A DNA stretch of 64,000 bases. It comes from Pseudomonadota bacterium (lineage in GTDB: Bacteria > Pseudomonadota > Gammaproteobacteria > Ga0077536). The position numbers were made by a program, and so were the translations under genes. Shown here in pieces: positions 11,269-22,768 of this stretch (position 1 is the first letter of the stretch; the number at the start of each line of letters is the position of its first letter). The notes beneath the pieces were generated by a model. The model ran no database searches, was not told the DNA's origin, and saw nothing but the letters and a program-made list of their open reading frames with translations. The stretch spans positions 48,724-112,723 of the forward strand of contig JABISZ010000010.1 of NCBI GenBank assembly GCA_018668255.1. Direction: 5' to 3'.

Positions 11269-12774
11269 ATGATACAGCAAACAATGTGGTCGGCACTCGC
11301 TGAAAACTTTCTAGGTAACGCGCCAGACTGGTATAAAAAGACAATAGTAGGCTTCTTGATTTTCAATCCAGTAGTACTTTTTACATTAGGGCCATTTATA
11401 GCTGGTTGGCTGCTCATCGTAGAATTTATATTCTGCTTAGCTATGGCCTTAAAGTGTTACCCTCTCCAGCCAGGGGGGTTGCTCGCGATTCAGGCCGTCA
11501 TGCTTGGGATGACTTCTGCGGAAAGCGTTTACCATGAAACCGTCCAGAATTTCCCCGTTATTATGCTCCTAATGTTCATGGTTGCTGGGATCTACTTCCT
11601 GAAAGACCTTCTATTGTTCAGTTTTACAAAAATACTACTGAAGGTGGAATCGAAAACTAAACTCTCATTTCTCTTCTGTTTCGTAGCTGCGGTGCTTTCG
11701 GCTTTCCTAGATGCCCTCACCGTCACTGCAGTAGTCATAACTGTAGCTCAGGGGTTCTATCTGGTATATCACAAGGTCGCCTCTGGAAAAGAATACCATC
11801 ATGAGCATGATGTGAGTGGTGACACGGAAATACAGGACTCGTATAGACAAGATCTACACGATTTTCGTTCCTTCCTATGTAGCTTAATGATGCATGCCGC
11901 GATAGGCACAGCTCTGGGCGGCGTTTGTACGCTAGTCGGAGAGCCTCAAAATCTATTAATAGCGAAAATTGCTGGGTGGGAATTCGGCGAATTCTTTATG
12001 AGAATGGCCCCAGTATCGATGCCCGTTTTAGTAACAGGGCTTCTTACTTGTATTGTTCTTGAAAAGACTAAAGTTTTTGGTCATGGAGGTGCCTTACCGG
12101 CGAAGGTGAAATCGATTCTAAAGGACTACGATTCTCATCAAACCGAAAGACGTACCCAACAAGACATCGCTAAACTTTGGGTTCAAGGAGGAGCCGCCCT
12201 CTTCCTATGTGTCGCTCTGGGATTCCACTTAGCAGAAGTTGGCGTTATCGGACTGGCAGTAATCGTTATAGCAACTGCTCTCAACGGGATAACCGAAGAA
12301 CATCAAATCGGTCATGCTTTTGAGGAAGCTCTTCCTTTTACTTCGTTACTCGTGGTTTTCTTCGCCATCGTAGCCGTAATCCACGATCAACATTTGTTTT
12401 CTCCTGTCATAGGTTGGGTACTGACACTAGAAGGGACAACGCAGACCTCTGCTTTCTATTTGGCTAATGGATTGCTATCCATGATAAGTGACAACGTATT
12501 TGTTGCGACAGTCTACATAACTGAGGTTAAAGAAGCTTTTGATGCAGGAAAAATAACAAGAGAACAATTCGACTTGCTTGCTATTGCCATCAATACCGGA
12601 ACTAATATCCCGAGTGTCGCGACACCAAACGGCCAAGCCGCGTTCCTTTTCCTGTTGACCTCTGCGATCGCACCCCTTATTAGACTTTCTTATGGGAAAA
12701 TGGTCTGGATGGCGCTCCCTTATACTTTAACTATGTCGATAGCAGGTCTGCTATCGGTTATATATTTTTTATAA
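11269..12774 (+). CDS. nhaB: Na+/H+ antiporter NhaB
   Basis: 501 aa polytopic membrane protein. It matches E. coli NhaB blocks I know, for example [30 protein letters not shown] and [25 protein letters not shown]. Confidence 0.9.
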   Translation: MIQQTMWSALAENFLGNAPDWYKKTIVGFLIFNPVVLFTLGPFIAGWLLIVEFIFCLAMALKCYPLQPGGLLAIQAVMLGMTSAESVYHETVQNFPVIMLLMFMVAGIYFLKDLLLFSFTKILLKVESKTKLSFLFCFVAAVLSAFLDALTVTAVVITVAQGFYLVYHKVASGKEYHHEHDVSGDTEIQDSYRQDLHDFRSFLCSLMMHAAIGTALGGVCTLVGEPQNLLIAKIAGWEFGEFFMRMAPVSMPVLVTGLLTCIVLEKTKVFGHGGALPAKVKSILKDYDSHQTERRTQQDIAKLWVQGGAALFLCVALGFHLAEVGVIGLAVIVIATALNGITEEHQIGHAFEEALPFTSLLVVFFAIVAVIHDQHLFSPVIGWVLTLEGTTQTSAFYLANGLLSMISDNVFVATVYITEVKEAFDAGKITREQFDLLAIAINTGTNIPSVATPNGQAAFLFLLTSAIAPLIRLSYGKMVWMALPYTLTMSIAGLLSVIYFL

Positions 12775-12812
12775 AATAGTTGCCGGCGGATAGGGCGCAA
12801 AAAGGAAATTTG

Positions 12813-13472
12813 ATGAACTTATCAGAAGTAATTGAGAGTACAAACACTTGCAGGTTTTACCAGAAAAAGCCAGTTACCGATGACGATATAGCAGTTACCC
12901 TAGATGCTGCTAGATTCGGTCCAAGCGGAGGTAATCGACAACCTGTGAGCTTTGTTATAGTCAAAGACCATGAAATGAAAAAACAGATGCAAGCGCTCTA
13001 CTTACCATTCTGGGAAACGTATATTCAAGCAATCGACGAAGGCATGGTACGACTAGGTTCTAAAGATAAGGGAATAGTCGATTCGGCGGATCACTTTGCT
13101 CGCCATTTAGCGGAAATTCCAGTATTTATTGTTGTTTGTGCACAACTGGCCGACTGTCACGCGACAGATACAGACTTGGATAGACTGAGTATTGTTGGAG
13201 GTGCATCTATCTACCCTGCCGTTCAAAATGTGTTGCTGAAAGCGCGAAGTATTGGTCTTGGGACTGCATTGACGACTCTGCTTTGTCATGTTGAACCCGA
13301 AATCAAAAAGCTACTTAATATTCCTGAAGACATATCAACCGCCGCTATGATCACCATGGGCTGGCCTACTAAAAAATTCCCTAAAAAACTTCTAAGACGA
13401 CCTTTATCAGAAATAGCATGGGCAGAGACATATGGAGCGCCTTTAAGCACTGGAACCATTACAAAAAAATAA
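12813..13472 (+). CDS. Nitroreductase family protein
   Basis: Nitroreductase fold motifs. The start is uncertain: the ORF opens at 12780, but the ATG at 12813 has better RBS spacing. Confidence 0.7.
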   Translation: MNLSEVIESTNTCRFYQKKPVTDDDIAVTLDAARFGPSGGNRQPVSFVIVKDHEMKKQMQALYLPFWETYIQAIDEGMVRLGSKDKGIVDSADHFARHLAEIPVFIVVCAQLADCHATDTDLDRLSIVGGASIYPAVQNVLLKARSIGLGTALTTLLCHVEPEIKKLLNIPEDISTAAMITMGWPTKKFPKKLLRRPLSEIAWAETYGAPLSTGTITKK

Positions 13473-14589
13473 GCTGCAAGTCATTTAGAAATCTATAGCC
13501 CAATGGTGTTGGTTTAACCCATCGATCTTCGCATTGTAGAAAGTTCTTGGTATATGCGCTATCAAGACATTCAAAAAAATGCGCCTGCAAATTCAATTTA
13601 GGAATATTGGCTAGCAAAGCATCAATACAAAATCCATTCTTTAATCTCAATGCATTTATCATATACTCGCCAATCAATTGTTCTTCAGCAATAAATCGGT
13701 CTGTGTGAATTTTTTTATTTGATAAAGCTGATTGCATATAACGATCTGGGTTTTTTATTTTCTCTGTGCGAACAACACCTTCACTGCTCGCTCGTTTCCC
13801 GTGCGCGCCGGCTCCGATTCCAACATAATCTCCAAAGTTCCAATAATTTAAGTTATGGCGAGATTCACTACCCTGCTTAGAGTAAGCAGAAATTTCATAC
13901 TGAGAGAACCCTGCCTCAGTAAGCAAAATTTGACCCGCTTCATATTCGTCACAAATCTCATCATGAGATGGCAGCATAGGTGGCTTTTTCGCAAAGGCAG
14001 TATTTTCTTCTATAGTCAGCTGATACCAAGAAATATGTTGAGGATTAAATGATATCGCCTGTGATAAATCTTTCAGAGTCCGAGAGCTATCCTCCGAAGG
14101 TAAGCCAAACATAAGATCAATGTTCATATTATCGAAGCCCGCACCAACTGCGGCATCTAGAGCATCACAAGAATCAACAGCATTGTGGGCCCGCCCCAGA
14201 GCAGTTAAGCAAGCATTACTGAAACTTTGAATGCCTATAGAAATACGATTTACACCTGCTGTTTTATAATGTTTAAAACGACTTGCATCAGCGCTACCTG
14301 GGTTAGCTTCCAAAGTAATCTCAACATCATCTGTAAGGGTTAAACGATTACTAATTCCATCTAGGAGAGCATTAATGGCATTTCCAGAGAACAAACTAGG
14401 CGTCCCGCCCCCTATAAAAATACTGGAAATAGACTCCACCGATTGCACGGAACACTCCCGATCTAAATCTCGCATCAATGCGTTAACGTACATTTTCTCG
14501 GCAATAGTGTCCTTGGCTTGATATGAGTTAAAATCACAATATGGGCATTTGTTAGTGCACCAAGGCAAATGAACATAGAGTCCGCTCAA
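13459..14589 (-). CDS. hemW: Radical SAM heme chaperone HemW (coproporphyrinogen III oxidase-like)
   Basis: CxxxCxxC radical-SAM motif (CTNKCPYCDFNS) and HemN-like C-terminus. It is downstream of rdgB, as yggW is in E. coli. Confidence 0.85.
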   Translation of the reverse strand: MSGLYVHLPWCTNKCPYCDFNSYQAKDTIAEKMYVNALMRDLDRECSVQSVESISSIFIGGGTPSLFSGNAINALLDGISNRLTLTDDVEITLEANPGSADASRFKHYKTAGVNRISIGIQSFSNACLTALGRAHNAVDSCDALDAAVGAGFDNMNIDLMFGLPSEDSSRTLKDLSQAISFNPQHISWYQLTIEENTAFAKKPPMLPSHDEICDEYEAGQILLTEAGFSQYEISAYSKQGSESRHNLNYWNFGDYVGIGAGAHGKRASSEGVVRTEKIKNPDRYMQSALSNKKIHTDRFIAEEQLIGEYMINALRLKNGFCIDALLANIPKLNLQAHFFECLDSAYTKNFLQCEDRWVKPTPLGYRFLNDLQLIFL

Positions 14590-14592
14590 AAC

Positions 14593-15210
14593 TTATACCA
14601 GTTCACAATCAGTACCTGCTTGCAGATCATCAAGAAGTTTTTTCATCGCTTGGCCTCTATGACTAATCCGGTTTTTAATTTCAGGCGGCAGTTGAGCAGC
14701 AGAACATTTATAGCTAGGAATGTAAAAAAGTGGGTCATAGCCAAACCCATTTGCTCCTTTCGGAGTCTCAAGCACTTCACCCTGCCATGTTTTACTAACT
14801 ATGTATGGTGCTGCATCATCTTTTGATTTCAGCAACACTAATACGCAGATAAAAAAGCAGGCACGCTTCGATCCGACAGCACCACTGAGAGAAGAAAGAA
14901 GTTTCTCTATATTTGCCGTATCCGAAGAACCTTCACCTGCGTAACGAGACGACAATATTCCCGGTGCACCGCCCAAAGACGGCACACATAATCCCGAATC
15001 ATCTGCTAATGTTGGCATTCCTGTTTTTTCACAAACATATCTAGCTTTCAACAAGCTGTTTTCGACAAAAGTAAGCCCCGTCTCTGCGGGAGTCTCTAAA
15101 CTGAACTCAGCCTGAGTTCTGACTTCAATCTTAGATACTGACAAAAGCTTTTTAAACTCATCCACTTTCCCTTGGTTACCCGTCGCTATAACGAGCTCTT
15201 TTTTTTTCAC
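14593..15210 (-). CDS. rdgB: Non-canonical purine NTP pyrophosphatase RdgB (Ham1 family)
   Basis: 205 aa with the motif [11 protein letters not shown]. Confidence 0.9.
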   Translation of the reverse strand: MKKKELVIATGNQGKVDEFKKLLSVSKIEVRTQAEFSLETPAETGLTFVENSLLKARYVCEKTGMPTLADDSGLCVPSLGGAPGILSSRYAGEGSSDTANIEKLLSSLSGAVGSKRACFFICVLVLLKSKDDAAPYIVSKTWQGEVLETPKGANGFGYDPLFYIPSYKCSAAQLPPEIKNRISHRGQAMKKLLDDLQAGTDCELV

Positions 15211-15926
15211 CGCCGAGAAGCTGCTTGCAGCTCAAGGAGATCTTTGATCCCACTAGCCGCCAAGTCGAGCATCGCATCCATCTCGTCTCGTCTAAACGCA
15301 TGTCCCTCAGCTGTCCCTTGGACTTCAACAAAATGTCCTGCGTCATTCATCACAACATTCATATCTGTTTCCGCATTCGAATCTTCTGCATAATCTAAGT
15401 CAATAACTGGCAAGCCTTCAAAAATGCCAACGGACACCGAGGCGATAGCACCATGAATAGGGCTTTTCTTCAGTTTTCGGGATGCGAGTAGGCTATCTAT
15501 AGCATCGGAGAGAGCGACAAAGGCACCGGTTATTGACGCTGTACGAGTGCCCCCATCTGCCTGTAAGACGTCACAGTCCAAGGTGATAGTCATCTCTCCT
15601 AGCGCATGCAAATCGACAACCGAGCGCAGTGAACGTCCGATAAGTCTCTGGATCTCCATAGTCCTTCCACTTTGTTTCCCAACGCTCGCCTCTCGACGCA
15701 TTCGCGAATCTGTAGAACGTGGCAACATCCCATACTCCGCTGTTATCCAGCCAGAGCCTGTGCCCTTCAAAAAAGACGGCACTCGTCTTTCTACACTGGC
15801 GTTACAAAGCACTTTGGTATTCCCAAACTCGACTAGGACAGAACCCTCCGCATGACACGTATAATTGCGAGTAAAGACAACTTCTCGCATTTCATTGGCC
15901 GCGCGGCCACTAGGTCTTATAGTCAT
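15207..15926 (-). CDS. rph: Ribonuclease PH
   Basis: 239 aa. The MRPSGR start and phosphorolytic exoribonuclease motifs are present. Confidence 0.9.
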   Translation of the reverse strand: MTIRPSGRAANEMREVVFTRNYTCHAEGSVLVEFGNTKVLCNASVERRVPSFLKGTGSGWITAEYGMLPRSTDSRMRREASVGKQSGRTMEIQRLIGRSLRSVVDLHALGEMTITLDCDVLQADGGTRTASITGAFVALSDAIDSLLASRKLKKSPIHGAIASVSVGIFEGLPVIDLDYAEDSNAETDMNVVMNDAGHFVEVQGTAEGHAFRRDEMDAMLDLAASGIKDLLELQAASRR

Positions 15927-16080
15927 AGTGAATCTCTCTAATTTTATAAAACTCTATTATAGCTTCAGGTTTAAGGTAACGGTGGCTATTATATCTAATA
16001 AAAACGGGATCTATGTAATCCCACCACATAAACGACGAATGCAGTTGTGCACAGTATGAAAACTGCAGGGAGAAAATCTT

Positions 16081-16950
16081 TTGACAAATAGTATGACGTC
16101 TTTCGCCAGGACAGACTTTGAAAATGCTGACATTTGTGGGTCATGGGAGATCAAATCCGTAAACCACCGGTTCTGTGATATAGCTATTCGTGTCCCAGAA
16201 GATCTCCGAACCGTTGAGAGTAAGGCGCGAGAAAGTATCAGTATTATAGTAAAAAGAGGCAAAATAGATTGTACTTTAAGAGTTTCACCAATAACGAAAG
16301 GCACTGAGACCACTAATATTAATGAAAATGCTGCAAAATCTCTTCTATCCGCCATGGAATGGGTGTGTACACTAATGACTACGCCCTCTAGAAATGTAAG
16401 TCCCCTAGAGATACTCGCATGGCCTGGAGTAGTAAACGAACTCGAGCCCCTCACGAACAGTATTGTGTCTTACCTTTTGACTAATTTCGAACTGACGTTA
16501 GAACAATTCGCAATCAGTCGCGCAAACGAGGGGCAAAAGCTTGAATCTATTATAAAAAAACAACTTACTAAGATGGCAGCCCAAGTATCTTATCTAGAAG
16601 AGAGAATCCCAGATATAATAAGTTCCATGACTAAACGGCATAAAGCTAGGCTCTCGGAGCTAGATAAAGAACTTGATCACGGTCGAGTAGAACAAGAGAG
16701 CGCGATACTCATTAGTAAGCTTGATATTAAGGAAGAGGTAGATAGACTCTTTATACATATTCAAGAGACCAACTCTGTATTCGACCGGCAAGAGCCCATA
16801 GGAAGGAGGCTGGATTTCTTAATGCAAGAATTAAATAGAGAAGCCAACACGATAGGTTCGAAATCGGTGCATGTGGATACAACTAGTGCATCCATAGAGC
16901 TTAAGGTTCTCATAGAACAAGTCAGGGAACAGGTACAAAATGTCGAGTAG
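16081..16950 (+). CDS. yicC: YicC-family stress-induced protein
   Basis: 289 aa with the N-terminal MxxSMT motif as in E. coli YicC. It is divergent from rph, as in E. coli. Confidence 0.8.
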   Translation: MTNSMTSFARTDFENADICGSWEIKSVNHRFCDIAIRVPEDLRTVESKARESISIIVKRGKIDCTLRVSPITKGTETTNINENAAKSLLSAMEWVCTLMTTPSRNVSPLEILAWPGVVNELEPLTNSIVSYLLTNFELTLEQFAISRANEGQKLESIIKKQLTKMAAQVSYLEERIPDIISSMTKRHKARLSELDKELDHGRVEQESAILISKLDIKEEVDRLFIHIQETNSVFDRQEPIGRRLDFLMQELNREANTIGSKSVHVDTTSASIELKVLIEQVREQVQNVE

Positions 16951-17572
16951 TCAAAGTTCCTCCTTTGGTAAGCTATTTGTAGTGTCTGCACCGTCAGGTG
17001 CAGGGAAAACCAGCATTATCAAGCAAATCATCGGCGATAAAAACAATGTGAGAATGTCAATATCACATACTACTCGTCAGCCGCGAGAAGGAGAGATTGA
17101 TGGTATTGACTATCATTTTATAAGTAATGAGACTTTCCTGAAAATGTCGAGAAACTCTGATTTTCTGGAGGAAGCCAAAGTATTTGATAACCTTTATGGT
17201 ACTTCGAAAGTCGAAGTTAAAAAAACCTTAGCAGCAGGCTTAGATGTAATTCTTGAAATAGACTGGCAAGGAGCTCGACTAATAAAGCAATCTGAATTTG
17301 ACGTTAGCTCAGTGTTTATCCTCCCGCCGTCACTAGAAGAATTGAATATAAGGTTGCAAAAAAGAGGAGATGAGAAAGAAACCGTGATTCGCAGAATGCG
17401 CGATGCAATCAACGAAATGTCCCACTATCACGAGTATGATTATCTAATTGTCAATGAAGACTTCTCAAAAGCATGCCTACAATTAACCTCTATTATATGT
17501 GCTCAAAAATTACACAATTCCATCCAAAAAACACGTTTAGAAAAACTTCTGGCCGAACTCGTACCCAACTAG
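16940..17572 (+). CDS. gmk: Guanylate kinase
   Basis: P-loop SAPSGAGKTS and a GMP-binding region. Conserved gmk-rpoZ-spoT order. Confidence 0.9.
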   Translation: MSSSQSSSFGKLFVVSAPSGAGKTSIIKQIIGDKNNVRMSISHTTRQPREGEIDGIDYHFISNETFLKMSRNSDFLEEAKVFDNLYGTSKVEVKKTLAAGLDVILEIDWQGARLIKQSEFDVSSVFILPPSLEELNIRLQKRGDEKETVIRRMRDAINEMSHYHEYDYLIVNEDFSKACLQLTSIICAQKLHNSIQKTRLEKLLAELVPN

Positions 17573-17635
17573 GCTATGTTTGCTATAATGTTTCACAATA
17601 TTATATCAATAACCCTATTTTAGGATAATGGAATT

Positions 17636-17947
17636 ATGGCACGAGTAACCGTTGAAGATTGCTTACCTGCTGTTGAGAACCGATTTGACTTGGTCTTGGT
17701 GGCCAGTAGACGCGCCAGACAGATAGCTCTAGGCTCTAAACCACTAGTGGATGAAGAGAATGATAAACCCACCGTACTCGCCTTAAGAGAAATTGCGGCG
17801 GGTGTAATGGATGCAAAAATACTCGACGAGATAGATGCGAAAGAAAAGCAGGCAGAAGAGTACGAAGCGGCATTAGAATTCGCGGAAACAAAGACTGATG
17901 AAGCCGCGCAAAGCGTCGAAAAAGCTGCTGTAGGTGACAGTTTTTAG
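17636..17947 (+). CDS. rpoZ: DNA-directed RNA polymerase subunit omega
   Basis: 103 aa with the N-terminal MARVTVEDC motif. Confidence 0.9.
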   Translation: MARVTVEDCLPAVENRFDLVLVASRRARQIALGSKPLVDEENDKPTVLALREIAAGVMDAKILDEIDAKEKQAEEYEAALEFAETKTDEAAQSVEKAAVGDSF

Positions 17948-18022
17948 AACACCTATATTTTAATCAAACATGACTTGGTTGAATGGATGCTTATAAAAAA
18001 CACTAATAACTGTTGTGGTTAG

Positions 18023-20203
18023 GTGGCGCGTCCTCCGGTGAGAAAAGAACAAGTTGACTTAATTAAATTAGAATCGCCCAACAAACGTATAGAAAGCCTC
18101 TGTCGTCTAGCACGCTCGTACCTTAGCGCTGAACAGGTCAGAGAAGTGCGTCTCGCATATAAGTTCAGCTCGTCGGCTCACGAGGGTCAAAAGAGACAGA
18201 GCGGAGAGCCCTATATACAGCACCCTCTCTCAGTTGCGCAAATCTTAGCGCAAATGCACATGGACCATGAAACACTTATAGCCGCGATGCTACATGACGT
18301 TATAGAAGACACTTCCATTGCAAAACCAATTATTCTAGAAGAGTTTGGGCCAGAAGTTGCTCATATCGTTGATGGCCTCAGCAAGCTAACGCATATAGAG
18401 TTTGAGTCACAAGCAGAAGCCCAGGCTAAAAACTTTCAAAAGATGCTCTTAGCTATGGCAGATGATATAAGAGTTATTCTGGTAAAGCTTGCCGACCGAC
18501 TACATAACATGCGAACAATTAGTGCCTTAAACCCCGAAAAAAGGCGGCGAATAGCAAGAGAAACACTGCAGATATACGCACCTATAGCTCAGCGACTAGG
18601 AATGAATGCGATGCGTCTGGAGCTAGAAGAACTCGGGTTTGAATCACTTTATCCTCTTAGGCATGATGTCATTGCGAGGGTAATACAAAAAGTTAGAGGC
18701 AACCGTAAAGAAGTCGTGGCAAAGATCAGAAGTCGGATTACCCGTCGACTGCGCCAGGAAAGCCTAGTAACACATGTCGTAGGCAGAGAGAAACACCTCT
18801 ATAGCATCTACAGAAAAATGCGTGAAAAACGACTGCATTTTTCAGAAGTACGCGATGTTTATGCATTTCGAATCGTTGTTGATTCTGTAGATACTTGTTA
18901 CCGGGCTCTTGGTGCAGTGCACGGCTTATATAAACCTGTTCCAGATACTTTCAAGGACTATATAGCAATCCCTAAATCCAATGGATATCAATCTCTTCAC
19001 ACAGTCTTGTTTGGACCTTTTGGGGCGCCGCTAGAAGTTCAAATACGTACCAACGAGATGGACCAAGTCGCTGAAGTAGGTATTGCTGCCCACTGGACGT
19101 ATAAGATGGGAGAAACTGAATCAAAAGCGGCACATAAGAGAGCACGGGACTGGCTTCATAGCGTCATTGAAATGCAGAGTCACACCACCGACTCTCAGGA
19201 GTTTCTTGAGAACGTTCGGGTAAATCTTTTCCCAGACGAAGTTTATGTCTTCACTCCTAAAGGAGCGATCATGAAACTTCCTAAGGGTGCTACGGCAGTA
19301 GATTTTGCTTATGCAATTCACACAGCTCTTGGTAACTCGGCGGTGGGCTGCAGAATTAACCGACGATTAGTTCCTTTGGGAACTCAACTGAACACCGGTG
19401 ATAGTGTGGAAGTCCTAATATCATCTGGTTCTCATCCCAATCCCGCGTGGCTTAACTTTATTGTAACCGCTAAGGCACGGACCAGCATCCATCATTCTCT
19501 TAAAAATCTCCAAGCAGATGAGGCTCAAATTCTTGGTAAAAGATTGTTGAATAGAGAATTAGCCCGTTTTGGATTATCGATAGACGAGGTAGAAAAAACC
19601 AATCTAAATACAGTTTTAACATCCTTTAAATTATCCGATCTAAATAGCTTATTAATAGATATAGGTCTTGGCTCGAGACCTGCACCTATCGTAGCCAGAG
19701 CACTAGGAGGTGAAGAGAGCACCGCTCTTGAAACATCACCCAAAAAGGACTCGAGCTTGGGCCCGCTGATTATTCATGGGACCGAAGGAATGGTAGTGAC
19801 CATCCCGAAATGCTGCAGACCAATCCCAGGAGATCCGATAATTGGGCTTATTACTACAGGTAGAGGAATCGTAATTCACCATCCATCATGTAAAAATGTT
19901 ATCGAATATCGTAGCGCTCCAGATAAATGGGTTGACGTACAGTGGGCATCCGAACTAAACAGAGAATTTAGCGCAGAAATTATCCTTGATGTTGTTAATG
20001 AACGCGGCGTACTGGCAACAATCGCAGCAAAATGTGCAGCAAAAGGAGCTAATATTGAGGGCGTGGAAATGAGTGAGCTAGATGATCAGATCTCAAAAAT
20101 GAGACTCACGATAGGAGTAAGCGACCGAAAACATTTAGCTGACATTATTCGTGTGCTGAGAAACAGTAAACCAATAGTCCGCGTCAATAGAAAACGGAAA
20201 TAA
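18023..20203 (+). CDS. spoT: Bifunctional (p)ppGpp synthetase/hydrolase SpoT
   Basis: HD hydrolase domain (HDVIED), synthetase domain, TGS and ACT domains. The start codon is uncertain (GTG at 18023 or 18038). Confidence 0.9.
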   Translation: MARPPVRKEQVDLIKLESPNKRIESLCRLARSYLSAEQVREVRLAYKFSSSAHEGQKRQSGEPYIQHPLSVAQILAQMHMDHETLIAAMLHDVIEDTSIAKPIILEEFGPEVAHIVDGLSKLTHIEFESQAEAQAKNFQKMLLAMADDIRVILVKLADRLHNMRTISALNPEKRRRIARETLQIYAPIAQRLGMNAMRLELEELGFESLYPLRHDVIARVIQKVRGNRKEVVAKIRSRITRRLRQESLVTHVVGREKHLYSIYRKMREKRLHFSEVRDVYAFRIVVDSVDTCYRALGAVHGLYKPVPDTFKDYIAIPKSNGYQSLHTVLFGPFGAPLEVQIRTNEMDQVAEVGIAAHWTYKMGETESKAAHKRARDWLHSVIEMQSHTTDSQEFLENVRVNLFPDEVYVFTPKGAIMKLPKGATAVDFAYAIHTALGNSAVGCRINRRLVPLGTQLNTGDSVEVLISSGSHPNPAWLNFIVTAKARTSIHHSLKNLQADEAQILGKRLLNRELARFGLSIDEVEKTNLNTVLTSFKLSDLNSLLIDIGLGSRPAPIVARALGGEESTALETSPKKDSSLGPLIIHGTEGMVVTIPKCCRPIPGDPIIGLITTGRGIVIHHPSCKNVIEYRSAPDKWVDVQWASELNREFSAEIILDVVNERGVLATIAAKCAAKGANIEGVEMSELDDQISKMRLTIGVSDRKHLADIIRVLRNSKPIVRVNRKRK

Positions 20204-20227
20204 ATTCTATTCTCAAGGAAGACGACA

Positions 20228-20626
20228 ATGAGTGTCTCTCATATAAAAACAAAAGAAGCACCTGCCGCAATAGGTGCTTACTCACAGGCTACTACGCATC
20301 AAGGCGTGCTTTATATTTCAGGTCAAATCCCTTTAGATCCGAAATCTATGAAAGTGATTAATAGTGGATTTCAAAGTCAAATAAAACAGGTATTTGATAA
20401 CATAAATGCGATCGCGCTCGCCGCAAATACTGCGCTAGAGAACTGTATAAAACTCAATGTTTATTTGTCCGACTTGGAGAATTTCAAACATGTAAACGAA
20501 ATCATGGAAGAACTATTCGTCCCCCCTTATCCTGCCCGCGCTGCAATAGAGGTATCAAGACTTCCACGTGATGTCGATGTCGAGATAGATGCAATAATTG
20601 CGATTCGAGAGCCAGCATCAACCTAA
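20228..20626 (+). CDS. ridA: RidA/YjgF family reactive-intermediate deaminase
   Basis: 132 aa with a YjgF/chorismate-mutase-like fold signature. Confidence 0.8.
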   Translation: MSVSHIKTKEAPAAIGAYSQATTHQGVLYISGQIPLDPKSMKVINSGFQSQIKQVFDNINAIALAANTALENCIKLNVYLSDLENFKHVNEIMEELFVPPYPARAAIEVSRLPRDVDVEIDAIIAIREPAST

Positions 20627-20634
20627 GGTACTCG

Positions 20635-22725
20635 ATGAAAGCAGAAGTAACTCTTGGGGATTCGACTGATAAGCTAAATGGCGTAGGGAAAGTACTACAG
20701 AAAAAACTCTCTAGCATAGGGGTCAAGGCAATTAGCGATATCCTTTTCCACCTGCCAATACGCTATGAAGATAGGACTAGGTTAACGCCGATACACGAAG
20801 TTATACCTAGGAGAAAAGCTCTTATTGAAGGTGTAATTGAGGACTCAAGAGTGATTTTCCAAGGCAGGCGCGCGCTTATTTGCCGGATTTCTGATCTAAC
20901 TTCCTCAATACAAATACGATTTTTTTTCTTCAATCGATCACAACAAATGAGACTCTCCAAGGGAAGTTCAGTCAGGTGCTTCGGTAGTCCTCATTTGGGG
21001 CGGCATGGGCTAGAAATGATTCACCCTGAATGCAAAGTCATCGATAATAATGAGTCACCTGAGCTCGAAAGATATCTCACCCCCATATATCCAACGACCG
21101 ATGGCTTACATCAAACGCGCCTGCGCTCCCTATTAAATCAAGCGTTCGTCATTCTCTCTAAGACATCGAGCAAAAGAGTCACTGACCTCATCCCGAAAAA
21201 ATTATTGACCCATTTAGAAATGCCATCGCTAGTTGATTCGTTACGTCAAATTCATTATCCAGCGGCTGATGAAAACATAGCGGCTGTAATGGAAGGAACC
21301 CACCCGGCGCAACGTAGGCTTATTTTCGAAGAATTACTAGCCTACCAACTTAGCCTAAAAACGCTCAGGAAGAATTCCAGAACATATCTAGCACCAAAAA
21401 CTCAAAAAAGTATGCTTCAAACCAAACTAAATGGCCTATTGCCTTTCGACCTCACGGAGTCGCAACTAAAAGTAATCAGAGAAATAAATCATGACTTAGA
21501 AAGTGGTATTCCAATGCTAAGGCTACTTCAAGGGGATGTAGGCTCAGGAAAAACCGTGGTAGCGGCTATGGTTATTGCAAATATAATAGATTCTGGTCAC
21601 CAAGCTGCTTTCATGGCTCCCACAGAGCTTCTCGCTGAACAGCACTACCAAACCATGATAGCCTGGTTCAAGGAAATGAGGACTAAAGTCTTTCTCTTAA
21701 CATCTAAACTCACTGCGGCAAATAGAAAGAAAATACTCCTCGACATCAAAAGCTCGCCTGCATCTATTATCATTGGCACCCATGCTCTGTTTCAAAACGA
21801 GGTAATGTACAACAACCTAGGTCTTATAGTGGTAGACGAACAGCATCGATTTGGTGTCGAACAACGACTAGCACTTATGGGTAAAGGTGCAACCCAAGGT
21901 TTCCGTCCACATCAACTTATCATGACAGCAACACCAATTCCCCGAACCTTGGCAATGGCGGCATACGCAGATCTAGATATATCGACGATCAAAGGCTTAC
22001 CTCCGAATAGAAAATCGATCAAAACTGCCGTAATTCCTGAGGAAAGAAGACAAGAAATAATTTTCAGAATATCAGCTGCAATTAAATCTGGAACACAAGT
22101 TTACTGGGTCTGTCCTTTGATCGCAGAATCCGAAAAAATCGATATACAATCTGCTATCGATACTGCGGAAAAACTCGCGAAGGAGTTAGCTCCCTATAAA
22201 ATCGGGCTGATACACGGGAAAATGGAGTCACTTGAAAAAGAGAAGGTCATGCGCTCTTTCACAGAGGCCAAAAGTGACTTGTTAGTCGCGACAACAGTTA
22301 TAGAAGTAGGCGTGGATGTTCCAAATGCAAGTCTGATGGTGATAGAAAATGCTGAGAGACTTGGGCTAGCGCAATTGCACCAGCTAAGGGGCCGAGTAGG
22401 ACGTGGGGAAAAGCAGTCAAGCTGTCTTTTAGTGTACAAAAGTCCACTAACAGAAATAGCTCAGGAAAGATTAGAGGTAATCCGCGCAACTACTGACGGC
22501 TTCGAAATCGCGGACAGAGATATGCAGTTGCGCGGCCCTGGAGAATTACTAGGAACCCGGCAAGCCGGAGTGGCGCAATTTAAAATTGCAGACTTGACTC
22601 GGGATATTGACCTAATAGATGAGATCCAAGTAATGGCAGACAAACTTCTAGCGGAAGATCCGCACTTGGTAGAGGAGCTTAAAAAAAGGTGGCTTGGGCA
22701 TAAAATAGAATTCGCACGAATATAA
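20635..22725 (+). CDS. recG: ATP-dependent DNA helicase RecG
   Basis: 696 aa with a wedge domain, Walker A GDVGSGKT, DEQH box and helicase C motifs. Confidence 0.9.
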   Translation: MKAEVTLGDSTDKLNGVGKVLQKKLSSIGVKAISDILFHLPIRYEDRTRLTPIHEVIPRRKALIEGVIEDSRVIFQGRRALICRISDLTSSIQIRFFFFNRSQQMRLSKGSSVRCFGSPHLGRHGLEMIHPECKVIDNNESPELERYLTPIYPTTDGLHQTRLRSLLNQAFVILSKTSSKRVTDLIPKKLLTHLEMPSLVDSLRQIHYPAADENIAAVMEGTHPAQRRLIFEELLAYQLSLKTLRKNSRTYLAPKTQKSMLQTKLNGLLPFDLTESQLKVIREINHDLESGIPMLRLLQGDVGSGKTVVAAMVIANIIDSGHQAAFMAPTELLAEQHYQTMIAWFKEMRTKVFLLTSKLTAANRKKILLDIKSSPASIIIGTHALFQNEVMYNNLGLIVVDEQHRFGVEQRLALMGKGATQGFRPHQLIMTATPIPRTLAMAAYADLDISTIKGLPPNRKSIKTAVIPEERRQEIIFRISAAIKSGTQVYWVCPLIAESEKIDIQSAIDTAEKLAKELAPYKIGLIHGKMESLEKEKVMRSFTEAKSDLLVATTVIEVGVDVPNASLMVIENAERLGLAQLHQLRGRVGRGEKQSSCLLVYKSPLTEIAQERLEVIRATTDGFEIADRDMQLRGPGELLGTRQAGVAQFKIADLTRDIDLIDEIQVMADKLLAEDPHLVEELKKRWLGHKIEFARI

Positions 22726-22768
22726 TGAAACACTCTTTAATATTGCATCTTCCAGTGAACACCTAATA

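Noticed and set aside
11223-11417. 64-aa minus-strand ORF at the acnA/nhaB junction
   Set aside because: It overlaps the well-supported nhaB N-terminus antisense and has no RBS.
15172-15393. 73-aa plus-strand ORF spanning the rdgB/rph junction
   Set aside because: It is antisense to two overlapping, well-supported genes.
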